From contig CAWAAO010000007.1 in assembly GCA_963780015.1 (NCBI GenBank), positions 2,599-66,598 on the forward strand: a DNA stretch of 64,000 nucleotides, given 5' to 3'. The translations under genes and the position numbers were made by a program. The DNA is from an uncultured Actinomycetes bacterium. Its GTDB lineage: Bacteria > Actinomycetota > UBA4738 > HRBIN12. The notes below the pieces were generated by a model. It saw only the letters and a program-made list of their open reading frames with translations, was not told the DNA's origin and made no database searches. Positions 10,143-20,220 of this stretch are shown one piece after another. Numbering within the stretch: position 1 is the first letter of the stretch; each line of letters begins with the position of its first letter.

Positions 10143-11146
10143 CGGCGTTTCCGCGACGGGCTCACGCGGGTGGGCTCTCCCTCGGCCTTGGGGAAGTGCG
10201 GGGGCCACGGCGCGTCGCCGACCCCGCCCGCCTCATCGCGTGCGGCGAGGTCCAGCAGCCCGTCGAGCACGCCCACGCGATCGTCGATGCCGGCGCCCGG
10301 GTCCCCGATCGCGTGGAGCCGCTCGGGCACGGTGCGCAACGTGAACGCGGCGGGATCGACGGTGGCGACCTCGTCCCAGGCCAGCGGGGTCGAGACGCGG
10401 GCATCGGGCATCGGCCGCACGCTGTAGGCGCTGGCGACCGTGCGATCGCGCGCGTTCTGGTTGTAGTCGAGGAAGACGCCGTGGCGTTCCTCCTTCCACC
10501 ACGCCGTGGTCGCGCGGTCGGGCAGACGCCGCTCGATCTCGCGCGCGAGCGCGAGCGCCGCACGCCGGACCTCGGTGAAGGACCATCGCGGCTCGATCCG
10601 CACGTTCACGTGGATCCCGCGCTTCCCGCTGGTCTTCGGGAACCCCACGAGGTCGAACTCGCCGAGCGCGTCGCGCGCGCACAGCGCCACGTCGCGCACC
10701 CACCCGAAGTCGACGTCGGGCACGGGGTCGAGGTCGATCCGAAGCTCGTCGGGGTGGTCGACGTCGTCGGCGCGCACCGGCCAGGGGTTCACCTCGAGGC
10801 AGCCGAGCGTGCCCATCCACGCGAGGTGCGCCGCGTCGATCATCACGGGCGCGTCCGCGCTGCGCCCGCTCGGGAACGTGATGCGCGTGGTCCGGATCCA
10901 CGGCGGCGAGCCCTTGGGCAGCCGCTTCTGATAGAAGCCGTCGTCGAAGAGCCCGTCGGGGAACCGATGCAGGTAGGTGGGGCGATCGCGGCAGCCGTGC
11001 AGCGCGCCGGCGGCCACATCGATCCAGTACCGCACGAGCTCGACCTTCGTGATCGGTCCGCCCGCGGCGTCGGGAAAGAAGACCTTGTCCGGGTTCGTGA
11101 CCCGGACGTCGAACCCGTCCACCTCGATCTCGATGGGCGTCGTCAT
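10109..11146 (-). CDS. Stand-alone LigD-type polymerase/primase (AEP, Prim-Pol) domain protein
   Basis: 345-aa ORF with VRVTNPDKVFFP, YLHRFPDG, RIDLDP, KTSGKRGIHV, VFLDYNQNARDRT, ASAYSVRP. Its 3' end overlaps the ligC 3' end by 34 nt. Confidence 0.9.
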   Translation of the reverse strand: MTTPIEIEVDGFDVRVTNPDKVFFPDAAGGPITKVELVRYWIDVAAGALHGCRDRPTYLHRFPDGLFDDGFYQKRLPKGSPPWIRTTRITFPSGRSADAPVMIDAAHLAWMGTLGCLEVNPWPVRADDVDHPDELRIDLDPVPDVDFGWVRDVALCARDALGEFDLVGFPKTSGKRGIHVNVRIEPRWSFTEVRRAALALAREIERRLPDRATTAWWKEERHGVFLDYNQNARDRTVASAYSVRPMPDARVSTPLAWDEVATVDPAAFTLRTVPERLHAIGDPGAGIDDRVGVLDGLLDLAARDEAGGVGDAPWPPHFPKAEGEPTRVSPSRKRRQPQEGGEPST

Positions 11147-11180
11147 GGAGGGGACGGTACCCCGCGGACGCCTCGGAGAC

Positions 11181-12131
11181 CTACGGGATGCCGACGGGGT
11201 CGTTGGAGAGATCGCCCGTGACGGGGCCGAGCGGCTCGCCGAGCTTGTGCGCGATGCGTTCGAGCCGCGCGAGGTGCGCGTAGACGTCCTCGCGCGCCTG
11301 CTTGGCCTCGTCGGACAGACCGTCGAGCTCCCCGATCTTCCAGTGCGTCTCGAGCACCGGCCGCAGGACCTGCTCCAGATGGATGCGGACGTTGTAGATG
11401 CCGGCGCGCGCCATCGCCTTGGCCTTGTCGCGGAACCCCGGCATGTCGGCGCCGGGCATCGCGAACCCGACGACCTGCCGCTTGAGCGCGAGCATCGCGG
11501 CGGAGGGATCGACGGCGATCGCGTGCATCGCGAGGTCCCGGTAGAAGACGTAGTGCAGGTTCTCGTCGGTGGCGACCCGCGCGCACACCCGTCGTGCCGT
11601 CTCGTCCTCGGTGATCGCGCCCGTGTTGCGGTGCGACAGGCGCGTCGCGAGCTCCTGGAGCGTGGTGAACAGCACGCCGTCGAGCGGGCCCTGCCGCGCG
11701 AACTGCGGCGTCCAGCCGCGCAGCACCATGTCCATGCGACCCTGCTCGAGCTTCTCGGGGTCGACGCCGCGCGTGACGGTCAGGTAGTCGCGCAGCAGGA
11801 TCGCGTGCCGCCCCTCCTCCGCGGTCCAGCGCCGGACCCACTCGCCCCAGACGTCGTCCTCGCCGAACGTGCGCCAGATCGCCAGGTGGTAGTAGGGGAG
11901 GTTGTCCTCGGTGAGCAGGTTCACTTCGAGCGCCATCTGGGCGACGTCGGGCAGGTGGCTGTCGGCGGGCTTCCACGGCTCGGCGATGAAGTTGCGGCCC
12001 TCTTCGTACGGCACGAATTCGTGCGGGAACCATTCCGTCGCAGCGTTGACGTGGCGATCGAGCGAGCGTTCGACGGTCGGCAGGAGCTCGTGCAGCAGGG
12101 CCTCGGATGAGACGGATCTGTTCGCGGTCAT
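11181..12131 (-). CDS. Acyl-ACP desaturase (soluble di-iron DesA-type)
   Basis: ATG 12131 lies within ORF 11181..12167. Di-iron motifs WTAEEGRH and ATDENLHYVFY are present, and overall it resembles stearoyl-ACP desaturase family proteins of actinobacteria. Confidence 0.85.
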   Translation of the reverse strand: MTANRSVSSEALLHELLPTVERSLDRHVNAATEWFPHEFVPYEEGRNFIAEPWKPADSHLPDVAQMALEVNLLTEDNLPYYHLAIWRTFGEDDVWGEWVRRWTAEEGRHAILLRDYLTVTRGVDPEKLEQGRMDMVLRGWTPQFARQGPLDGVLFTTLQELATRLSHRNTGAITEDETARRVCARVATDENLHYVFYRDLAMHAIAVDPSAAMLALKRQVVGFAMPGADMPGFRDKAKAMARAGIYNVRIHLEQVLRPVLETHWKIGELDGLSDEAKQAREDVYAHLARLERIAHKLGEPLGPVTGDLSNDPVGIP

Positions 12132-12183
12132 GCTCCCACTGTCTCGCATCCGGGACCCCGCGAGCATCGCGGGTCTGCGGGGC

Positions 12184-13311
12184 CTAGGCGGGGGCGGCCG
12201 AGACGCGCGAGGCCTCGAGATCGGCCGCGATCGAGCCCGGCGGGGGGGTGTCGCGGCGCCAGCGCTTGCGACGGCGGTAGATCGCGTAGGTGACCAGGCC
12301 GAGCGGGATCTGCAGGCCGTAGGTCAGGAGGCGGAAGATCAGGACGCCCGCGACGATCGCGGCCTTCTCGCCGCTGTCGATCGCCGTCAGCCCGGCGATG
12401 TAGCCGAGGTCGATCACGCCGACGCCGCCGGGCGTGATCGGGATCGCCGACAGCAATCTGCTGAACGTGTACACCGCGAAGGCCTCCACGGCCGGCAGCT
12501 CCGCCTCGGACACGCCCATGTGCCGCAGCGACATCAGCAGCACGAAGAACAACGCCACCTGGCTCAACACGGTGGTCCACGTCAGCATGAACCAGCGCCG
12601 CCGGGCCAGGATGATCGTCTCGCGCCGGAACGTGGCGGCCTTGTCGGCCATGTCGTCGCGTGTGGGCTTGTGGAAGAGCCGGCGGAACGTGTTGAACACC
12701 CGGCCCACGAGCCGCCCCACCGACCGCGCCATCGCCTCGCTGCGGAACACGAGCACCAGCAGCACCACCGCGATCGCAAGCACGACGAGCCCGACGCCCG
12801 CCGCGGCCGCCAGGCCGGGGTTCGAGTGACCGGTGACCACGAGGAGCCCGAGCGCGATGATCGGCAGCCCGAGCTTGACGAAGATGTTCCAGATACCGGT
12901 CACACCGACGAACAGCGTGATCTCCCCGGCGGTGAAGCCCCACGTGTTGAGCATCGCCGCGGTCACGCCGACGCCGAAGGCGCCGCCGGCGGGGAGCGTG
13001 TTGGCGACCGTGGTGCTCGTCTGGGTGACGACCGCGGACTGCCCCAGGCCCATCCCGATCAGGCCCGCCTGGTTGGCCAGCCAGTACGTGTAGAGGTTGA
13101 AGATGGTCGCGCCCAGCAGCGACCAGAACTCGATCGGCGTGAGGGTCTTCATCGACTCCCAGACCGCGCCGTAGTCCGCGTATTTGGGGATCGCGTAGAC
13201 GAAGATCGCGACCACGACGATCAGACCGAAGGCGAACGCCACCAGTTGACTGGTGGACAGGCGCTTCTTCGGCGTTGCGTCCTCGACGGTCGTGTCCGGC
13301 GCGGTGCTCAT
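12184..13311 (-). CDS. Flippase-like / lysylphosphatidylglycerol-synthase TM-region family membrane protein
   Basis: This is the C-terminal third of ORF 12184..15789. An internal ATG at 13311 follows GGGGGG. The protein is polytopic (about 8 TM segments) with the motif AIPITPGGVGVIDLG. Confidence 0.75.
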   Translation of the reverse strand: MSTAPDTTVEDATPKKRLSTSQLVAFAFGLIVVVAIFVYAIPKYADYGAVWESMKTLTPIEFWSLLGATIFNLYTYWLANQAGLIGMGLGQSAVVTQTSTTVANTLPAGGAFGVGVTAAMLNTWGFTAGEITLFVGVTGIWNIFVKLGLPIIALGLLVVTGHSNPGLAAAAGVGLVVLAIAVVLLVLVFRSEAMARSVGRLVGRVFNTFRRLFHKPTRDDMADKAATFRRETIILARRRWFMLTWTTVLSQVALFFVLLMSLRHMGVSEAELPAVEAFAVYTFSRLLSAIPITPGGVGVIDLGYIAGLTAIDSGEKAAIVAGVLIFRLLTYGLQIPLGLVTYAIYRRRKRWRRDTPPPGSIAADLEASRVSAAPA

Positions 13312-13355
13312 CGCCCCCCCTGGTCGGGCACCAGTGGCGACCGTAGCAGTTCTGC

Positions 13356-15789
13356 TCAGGCGACGGAGACGGCGTGGTCGCGGAGCTTCGCGCCCGGCCG
13401 GGTCGTAGGGGATCTCCGGCAGGATCCGTGCGGTGCGCGGGTCGCCCACGACGAACACCGTGACCTCCTCGTTCGACTCGACCACGTCTCGGTCGAGATA
13501 GGCGAGCGCGAGGCTCATCCCGACGTGGTGGCCGTAGGCGCCCGACGTGACCTCGCCGACGCGGCGCTCGCCGATCCAGATGCCGTCGTCGGCGCTCGCG
13601 TCCGTGTCGTCGGCGTCGACCGCCAGCAACACGAGCAGCCGCGCGGCGCCCGTCTCACGCTCCCGCGTCGCACCGGCGCGTCCGATGAACTCGCCCTTGT
13701 CGAAGGCGACGAACCGGTCCAGCCCCGACATACCCGGCGTGTAGTCCTGTCGGAACTCCGCGGACCAGATGCCGTAGCCCTTCTCGAGGCGGAGGCTGTC
13801 GACGGCGCGATCGCCGATCGGTCGCAGCCCGTGGGCCGCGCCGGCGTCCTGGAGCTCGTGCCACAGCGTGCGGTGCTGGTTGGTCGGCACGACGATCTCG
13901 AAGCCGAGCTCGCCGGTCAGCGAGATGCGTCCGACCACGGCGCGCGCGCTGCCGACGTCCATCGAGCGGATCGTGAGGAACCCGAACGCCTCGTTGGACA
14001 CGTCGTCGTGCGCGAGCTCCTCGAGGATGCGTCGCGACGCCGGACCCGAGATCGAGAAGCCCATCCGCTCGTCGGTGAGATTGCGCAACGACACGCCGGC
14101 GCTCGGCAGGTGCTGACGGAACCACCGCTGGTGCCAATCCTGCAGGTAGTAGGAGCCCGTGAGCCAGAAGCGATCGGCCTCGAGCCGCGCCACCGTGAGG
14201 TCGCCCATCAGCCGCCCGGCCTCGTTCAGCATCGGCGCGAGCCGGATCCGGCCCGGGGCCGGGATCGTGCCCGCCAGCAGGTGGTCCAGCCAGGCGTGCG
14301 CGTCGGGCCCCGCGACCTCGTAGCGCGCGTACTGCGCGATCTCGTAGGCGCCCGCCGCGGTGCGGACCGCCTCGACCTCTTCCCCGACGATCGGCTCGGC
14401 GTTCGATCGGCTCAGCGTGTCGTTCTCCACGAAGTCCGGCGACGGCGCGAAGTACAGCGGCACCTCCAGCCCCCAGTTCACGGTGCACTGGGCGCCCGCC
14501 GCGAGGAACTCGTCGTAGACCGGCGTCGTCTTGAGCGGCCGCCCGGCCGGCAGCTCCTCGTTGGGGTAGGCCATCACGAAGCGCCGCGCGTAGAACTGCT
14601 TCGTCGTGTCGCGGAGGTACCGGTCGTTCGCCGCGTAGGGCCCGAAGCGCGCGACGTCCATGCCGAACACGTCGTAGCCGGGGTCGCCGTCGACGATCCA
14701 GTTGGCGACCGCGAGTCCGATCCCCGCGCCCTGGGAGAACCCGGCCATGCAGCCACACGCGGCCCAGTAGTTGGGGACGCCCGCCACCGGTCCGACGAGC
14801 GGGTTCCCGTCGGGGGTGAAGGTGAACGCGCCGTTCACCCATTTCTTGATCCCGGTGTCCGCCAGCACGGGGAAGCGCGCGAACCCGATCGAAAGCTCCG
14901 GCATGATCCGGTCGAGTTCCTCGGGGAACAGCGTGCGCCCGAAGTCCCATTCGGCGCCCTCGACCTGCCAGTGACGCGGGTTCTGCTCGTAGACGCCGAG
15001 CAGCACGCCGTTGCCCTCGCGCTGCAGGTACGTGAACCCCTCGAGGTCGGTGACCGCGACCATCTCGCCGGGGATCGCCGCGACCTCGGGGATCTCGTCG
15101 GTGACCAGATAGTGATGCGGCATCGGCACCAGCGGGTGATCGACACCGACCATGGCGCCGACGCGCCGGGCCCACAGGCCCGCGGCGTTCACGATGTGCT
15201 CGGCCGTGATGTCGCCCTGCTCGGTCTCCACCCGCCACTCGCCGTTGGGCAGCGGCGTGAGCGACAGGACGCGGTTGTGCTCGATCACCTCGGCGCCGCG
15301 CGCGCGGGCGGCGATCGCGTAGGCGCGCGTGGCGCCGCTCGGATCGAGCGTGCCCTCCAGCGGGTCATAGAGCGCGCCGAGCACGCCGGTCGGGTCGATG
15401 ATCGGCACCAGGTCGACGGCCTCCTCGGGGGTGAGGAGGCGCGCGTCGGTGTCCTGACTGCGCAGCCACGCCAGCTCGGATCGCAGCCAGCGCCACCGCT
15501 CGGGGGTGCCCGCGAGCTCCATGCCGCCGCTCATGTGCAGCCCGACGCTCTGGCCGCTCTCCGCCTCGACCTGCGGATAGAGCCCGATCGTGTACTTCTG
15601 CAGCGCGGCGATGCGTGTGTCGCTGTTCATCGCGTGGAACCCGCCGGCCGCGTGCCAGGTGGAGCCGGCGGTGAGCTCCTCGCGCTCGAGCAGCGCGGTA
15701 TCGGTGCAGCCGCGAAGGGCGAGGTGATACAGGACGCTGCAGCCGACGACGCCGCCGCCGATGACGACGACCTGATACCGGTCTTTCAC
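13356..15789 (-). CDS. FAD-dependent DAO + GcvT-fold oxidoreductase (dimethylglycine/sarcosine dehydrogenase-like), paralogue 1; frame break 40 nt before its stop
   Basis: GTG 15789 begins VKDRYQVVVIGGGVVGCS, with a C-terminal aminomethyltransferase fold (LRLEKGY). Removing one C from 13393-13395 gives ..PYDPAGAKLRDHAVSVA followed by TGA at 13356-13358. As written, the frame runs on into the next gene. Confidence 0.85.
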
Positions 15790-15909
15790 GCGAAGGCCCT
15801 TCTGAGCAGGGGAGACGGGTGCGACGGAGTGTATCCGCGGTCGATGGCGGCCATGTGACCCCGGGTCGCATCAGGTCGCCTGCGGGCGCCGATCGATCAT
15901 GATGGGGCC

Positions 15910-16944
15910 GTGGACGCGCTGACCAAACCCGCCCCCGGGCCGGGGCTCACGCTCGCGGATGTGCCCGAGCCCACGATCGGCATCAACGACGTGCTGATCC
16001 GGGTGGAGCGAACCGGCATCTGCGGCACCGACGTGCACATCGCCGATTGGAACGAGTGGGCGCAGGGCGCGGTCACGCCGCCGCTCGTGGTCGGGCACGA
16101 GTTCGTCGGCGAGGTCGTCGAGGTCGGCTCCAACGTCACCGACTTCCACGCCGGCGAGCTGGTCTCGGGGGAGGGACATGTCGTGTGCGGGCGGTGCCGC
16201 AACTGTATGGCGGGCCGGCGCCACCTCTGCGCGCAGACCTCCAGCGTCGGCGTCGACCGCCCCGGCGCGTTCGCCGAGTACATCGCGTTGCCGATGACGA
16301 ACGTCTGGCATCACGATCCCGCGATCGACCACGACGTCGCGGCGATCTTCGACCCGTTCGGCAATGCCGTCCATTCGGTCCTGCAGTTTCCCGTGCTGGG
16401 GGAGGACGTGCTGATCACCGGGGCCGGGCCGATCGGGCTGATGGCGTGCGCGGTCGCGCAGCACGCCGGCGCCCGCTACGTCGTCGTCACCGACGTGAAC
16501 CCCTACCGGCTCGATCTTGCGAAGTCGCTCGGCGCGACGCGCGCGATCGACGTCCGCTCGACCTCGATCGAGGAGGTCCAGCGCGAGCTCGGCATGAAGG
16601 AGGGCTTCGACGTCGGCCTCGAGATGAGCGGCAACCCCGACGCGTTCCACGCGATGCTCGCCAACATGTGTCACGGCGGGAAGATCGCGCTGCTCGGCCT
16701 GCCCGACCGGCCCTTCGCGATCGACTGGAACACGGTGATCCACGACATGATCACGATCAAAGGCGTGTTCGGCCGCGAGATGTACGAGACGTGGTACATG
16801 ATGACCGTGATGCTGCAGGGCGGTCTCGACGTGTCGCCCGTCATCACGCATCGCTTCCACTACACCGAGTACGAGGCGGCGTTCGACGCCGTCCGATCGG
16901 GGCAGGCCGGCAAGGTGCTCTTGTACTGGCAGGGCACACCGTGA
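15910..16944 (+). CDS. tdh: L-threonine 3-dehydrogenase
   Basis: 344-aa zinc-ADH-family ORF with [36 protein letters not shown] and [10 protein letters not shown]. It is followed by kbl with an overlapping GTGA. Confidence 0.9.
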   Translation: MDALTKPAPGPGLTLADVPEPTIGINDVLIRVERTGICGTDVHIADWNEWAQGAVTPPLVVGHEFVGEVVEVGSNVTDFHAGELVSGEGHVVCGRCRNCMAGRRHLCAQTSSVGVDRPGAFAEYIALPMTNVWHHDPAIDHDVAAIFDPFGNAVHSVLQFPVLGEDVLITGAGPIGLMACAVAQHAGARYVVVTDVNPYRLDLAKSLGATRAIDVRSTSIEEVQRELGMKEGFDVGLEMSGNPDAFHAMLANMCHGGKIALLGLPDRPFAIDWNTVIHDMITIKGVFGREMYETWYMMTVMLQGGLDVSPVITHRFHYTEYEAAFDAVRSGQAGKVLLYWQGTP

Positions 16945-18138
16945 TCGGCGAGACGCGGACCGAGCTCGACGCCGAGCTCGCGGCGATCCGCGAGGCGGGC
17001 ACGTTCAAGGGCGAGCGGGTGCTGACCAGCCCCCAGGGCCCGCACGTGACGATGCCCGGTCGCGAGGGCGAGCGGATCGTCAACCTCTGCGCGAACGACT
17101 ACCTCGGACTGGCGAACCACCCCGAGATCGTCGCGGCCGCGCACGAGGCGCTCGAGCGCTGGGGCTTCGGCACGGCGTCGGTCCGGTTCATCTGCGGCAC
17201 CCAGCAGATCCACAAGGACCTGGAGGCGGCGTTGACCGCGTTCCTCGGCACCGAGGACACGATCCTGTATCCGTCGTGCTTCGATGCGAACGGCGGTCTG
17301 TTCGAGACGCTGCTCACCGACGAGGACGCGATCGTCTCCGACGCGCTGAACCACGCGAGCATCATCGACGGCATCCGGCTGAGCAAGGCCAAGCGGCTGC
17401 GCTACGCCAACGGCGACATGGACGAGCTGGAGAGCCGGCTGCGCGAGGCGGCAGGGCGCGCGGCGGATCCTGATCGCCACCGACGGTGTCTTCTCGATGG
17501 ACGGCTACATCGCGAACCTGCCGGCGATCTGCGACCTCGCCGACCGGTACGGCGCGATGACGATGGTCGATGACTCCCACGCGGTGGGCGTGCTCGGCGC
17601 GCACGGCCGGGGCACGCCCGAGCACCACGGTGTGGTCGAGCGGATCGACATCGTGACGGGCACGCTCGGCAAGGCGCTCGGGGGCGGTGGCGGCGGCTAC
17701 ACGAGCGGCCGCCGCGAGATCGTCGCGCTGCTGCGGCAGCGCTCGCGCCCGTACCTGTTCTCCAACGCGATCACGCCGGTGGTCGCGGCGGCGTCGCTGC
17801 GCGCGATCGAGCTGTTGTCCGCCTCGACCGAGCTTCGTGACGGGTTGGAACGCAACGCGGCGTTGTTCCGCGGGCTCATGGCCGACTCCGGCCTGGAGGT
17901 GCTGCCCGGCAGCCACCCGATCGTGCCGATCATGATCGGTGACGAACAGCGGCTGGCCCCGATCGCCGACGGCGTGTTCGCCGCGGGCCTGCACGTGGTC
18001 GGCTTCTCCTACCCCGTCGTGCCGATGGGGACCGCTCGGATCCGCACGCAGGTGTCCGCGGCCCACTCGGAGGAGGATCTGCGTTTCGCGGCGGAGACGC
18101 TGACGCGCGTCGCGGGCGAGGTCGCGGCGCGGGGCTGA
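16941..18138 (+). CDS. kbl: Glycine C-acetyltransferase (2-amino-3-ketobutyrate CoA ligase); one frame break at GGG 17454-17456
   Basis: The second half of ORF 16047..17573 ([27 protein letters not shown]) continues in ORF 17497..18138 ([25 protein letters not shown]). The joined sequence reads [20 protein letters not shown]. The length is 3n+1. Confidence 0.9.
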
Positions 18139-18150
18139 CCCACCGCGCGC

Positions 18151-18807
18151 CTATCGGCGCTGCAACAGCCGTGCGACCTCGTCCTCGCTCACCGCCGTGA
18201 AGTCGTCGTACCAGGCGCCCACGCCACCGAGCGCGCGCGGGACATCGACGCAGACGACCAGGTCGGCGTCGGCGCCGAGGCGCGCGAGGGCCTCGGGCGA
18301 TCCGACGGGCACGCCCACGATCACCTCGGCGGCGCCGTGGGCGCGCATGATCGCGACCGCCGCCTGGGCGGTGGCGCCGGTCGCGAGCCCGTCGTCCACG
18401 ACGATCACGAGGCGCCCGGCGACGGGGGCCATCGGCCGATCCGGGCGGAGCCGGCGCGCGCGCTCGCGGACCTCATCGAACTCGGCCGCCGCGCGCCGAT
18501 CGAAGCCGGCGTCCGACAGGCCGAGCAGCGCCATCAGGTCGCGGTTGCGGATGACGACGTCGCCCTCGCCGACGGCCCCGACGGCCAGCTCCGGGTTGCC
18601 GGGCGCGCCGACCTTGCGCACGATGGCGATGTCGAGCGGTGCGTCCAGCGCGCGGGCCACCTCCGCGGCAACGACGACGCCGCCGCGCGGCAGCCCGATC
18701 ACGATCGGGTCTCGTTCGCGGTACGCGAGCAGGTGCTCCGCGAGCGCCGCCCCCGCGTCGGCGCGGTCTCGGAAGGGTCCGTGGCGTGGATCCGGGATCT
18801 CAGTCAT
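18151..18807 (-). CDS. Phosphoribosyltransferase family protein
   Basis: ATG 18807 lies within ORF 18151..18849. The PRPP-binding loop is LVIVVDDGLATGAT, and the N-terminus FRDRADAGAALA..L is typical of putative PRTases. Confidence 0.75.
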   Translation of the reverse strand: MTEIPDPRHGPFRDRADAGAALAEHLLAYRERDPIVIGLPRGGVVVAAEVARALDAPLDIAIVRKVGAPGNPELAVGAVGEGDVVIRNRDLMALLGLSDAGFDRRAAAEFDEVRERARRLRPDRPMAPVAGRLVIVVDDGLATGATAQAAVAIMRAHGAAEVIVGVPVGSPEALARLGADADLVVCVDVPRALGGVGAWYDDFTAVSEDEVARLLQRR

Positions 18808-18845
18808 GGTCCTGCCTATCCTGCACCTCGTCTGCGACGCCCGCC

Positions 18846-20218
18846 TCACCCCGGCTGGACGGGGACGGTGCCCGTGACGCGGGTGCCCTGACCGGGCGCA
18901 CTGTCGACGCGGAGCGTGCCGCCGAGGGCTCCCAGGCGGTCCAGCATGTTGGTGAAGCCGGCACCCATCCCGGCGCCCCGAACGTCGAAACCGACGCCGT
19001 CATCGCTGACGACGAAGGTGAGCGTGTCGTCCTCTTCCCGCACGCGGATCGTGAGCGTCGCCCCGTCGCCCGCGTACTTGCCCGCGTTCTGGATCGCCTC
19101 CAGGACACAGAAGTAGACGGTGGCTTCGGCCTCGGGCGCGAAGCGCCCGAGGCCCTCGGCGTCCACGGTGACGACGAGCGCGGCCCTGCGGGCCGCGCTG
19201 CTCAACGCGGCCGGGATCCCCTTGTCGGCGAGCAGCGGCGGATAGATGCCGTGCGCCAGGTCGCGCAGCTCCTGGAGCGCATCCTCCAATCCGGACTCGA
19301 GGTCGTCGAGGGCCGCGCGCGCCTTCTCCGGGTCGCGCTCGAGCAGCTGCTCCGCGAGCTTCACGCGCACCGCGAGCGCCACGAGGTGTTGCTGCGCGCC
19401 GTCGTGCAGGTCGCGCTCGATCTTGCGGCGGGCCTGGTCGGCGGCCGCCACGATCCGTCCGCGCGATGCCTGGATCTCGTCCGCCTGCCGCCGCACCTCA
19501 TCCAGGCTCGCCTGCAGCGCCGAGTCGAGCTTCGCGTTGTGCAGCATGGCGCCCAACTGCCGAGCGACCTCCACCACCGCGCGCTCCTCTTCCTGGGTGA
19601 AGACGCGGTCATCGACCGGGCGCTCGACGACGACGACCCCCTGGAGCTCGCCGGCGTTGGCCATCGGGGCGAGCCGCACATAGGAGCGTTCGCGCCCCTC
19701 CAGCATCTGGGGCATCCACACCTGGAGCCACCCGTGCGCCGACAGTCCCGCCTGGACGACCGCCGCCGGCTCCACGTCGCCGAGCGGCACCGGCGGCCGA
19801 TGGATCTCGGGGTCGCCGATCCACGGTCGAAGGGTGCCGTCGGTGAGCAGCCAGATCTCGGCGGCCGCCGAGGCGCAGCGACGTGCGGAGCCCCTCGGCC
19901 GCCTGCAGGACCAGCTCGTCCAGAGGCACCGACCGCGACATCCGCGACGACAGCGAGCGTGCGAGGTCCGCCGGCGCCGCCGTGTCGCGCCCCGAGATCC
20001 GATCGATCGCGGCGCGCAGGCGGTCGTGCAGCACGACGATCAGGGTCACCGCGATCGCGATCGCCAGCAACGCCGGTCCCGCGAGGCCGCGCTCCGCCCG
20101 GTCCGGCACGCGACCGAACACGAGGATCATCGCGCCGAACGCGAGCCCCACCACGCACGACGACGACGAGGAGCCAGAGCGCGAAGCGCACGACGCGACG
20201 GGTGAAGACGCGCGCCAT
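18846..20218 (-). CDS. NarL-type sensor histidine kinase (TM, GAF-like, HisKA_3, HATPase); two frame breaks
   Basis: Assembled from ORFs 19361..20224, 19609..20154 and 18846..19790. The H-box is ERDLHDGAQQHLVAL; the ATPase region reads EAIQNAGKYA and DDGVGF. Breaks lie near 20155 and 19865. ATG 20218 sits 2 nt after the permease stop with GGCGGAG upstream. No response regulator is adjacent. Confidence 0.85.
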
Positions 20219-20220
20219 CG

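Noticed and set aside
12184-15789. A genuine dehydrogenase-flippase fusion protein.
   Set aside because: A one-base shift restores a family-typical C-terminus and stop. The membrane protein also has its own ATG and G-rich RBS (see the finding at 13300-13400).
11902-15858. A 1318-aa plus-strand ORF, with similar giants at 30436..33258(-), 30819..33824(+), 53506..55851(-) and 59009..61252(+).
   Set aside because: All are shadow ORFs opposite well-supported genes (desaturase, dehydrogenases, btu genes, Moco enzyme). They have low-complexity R/G/P/D/H-rich translations and no domain motifs.
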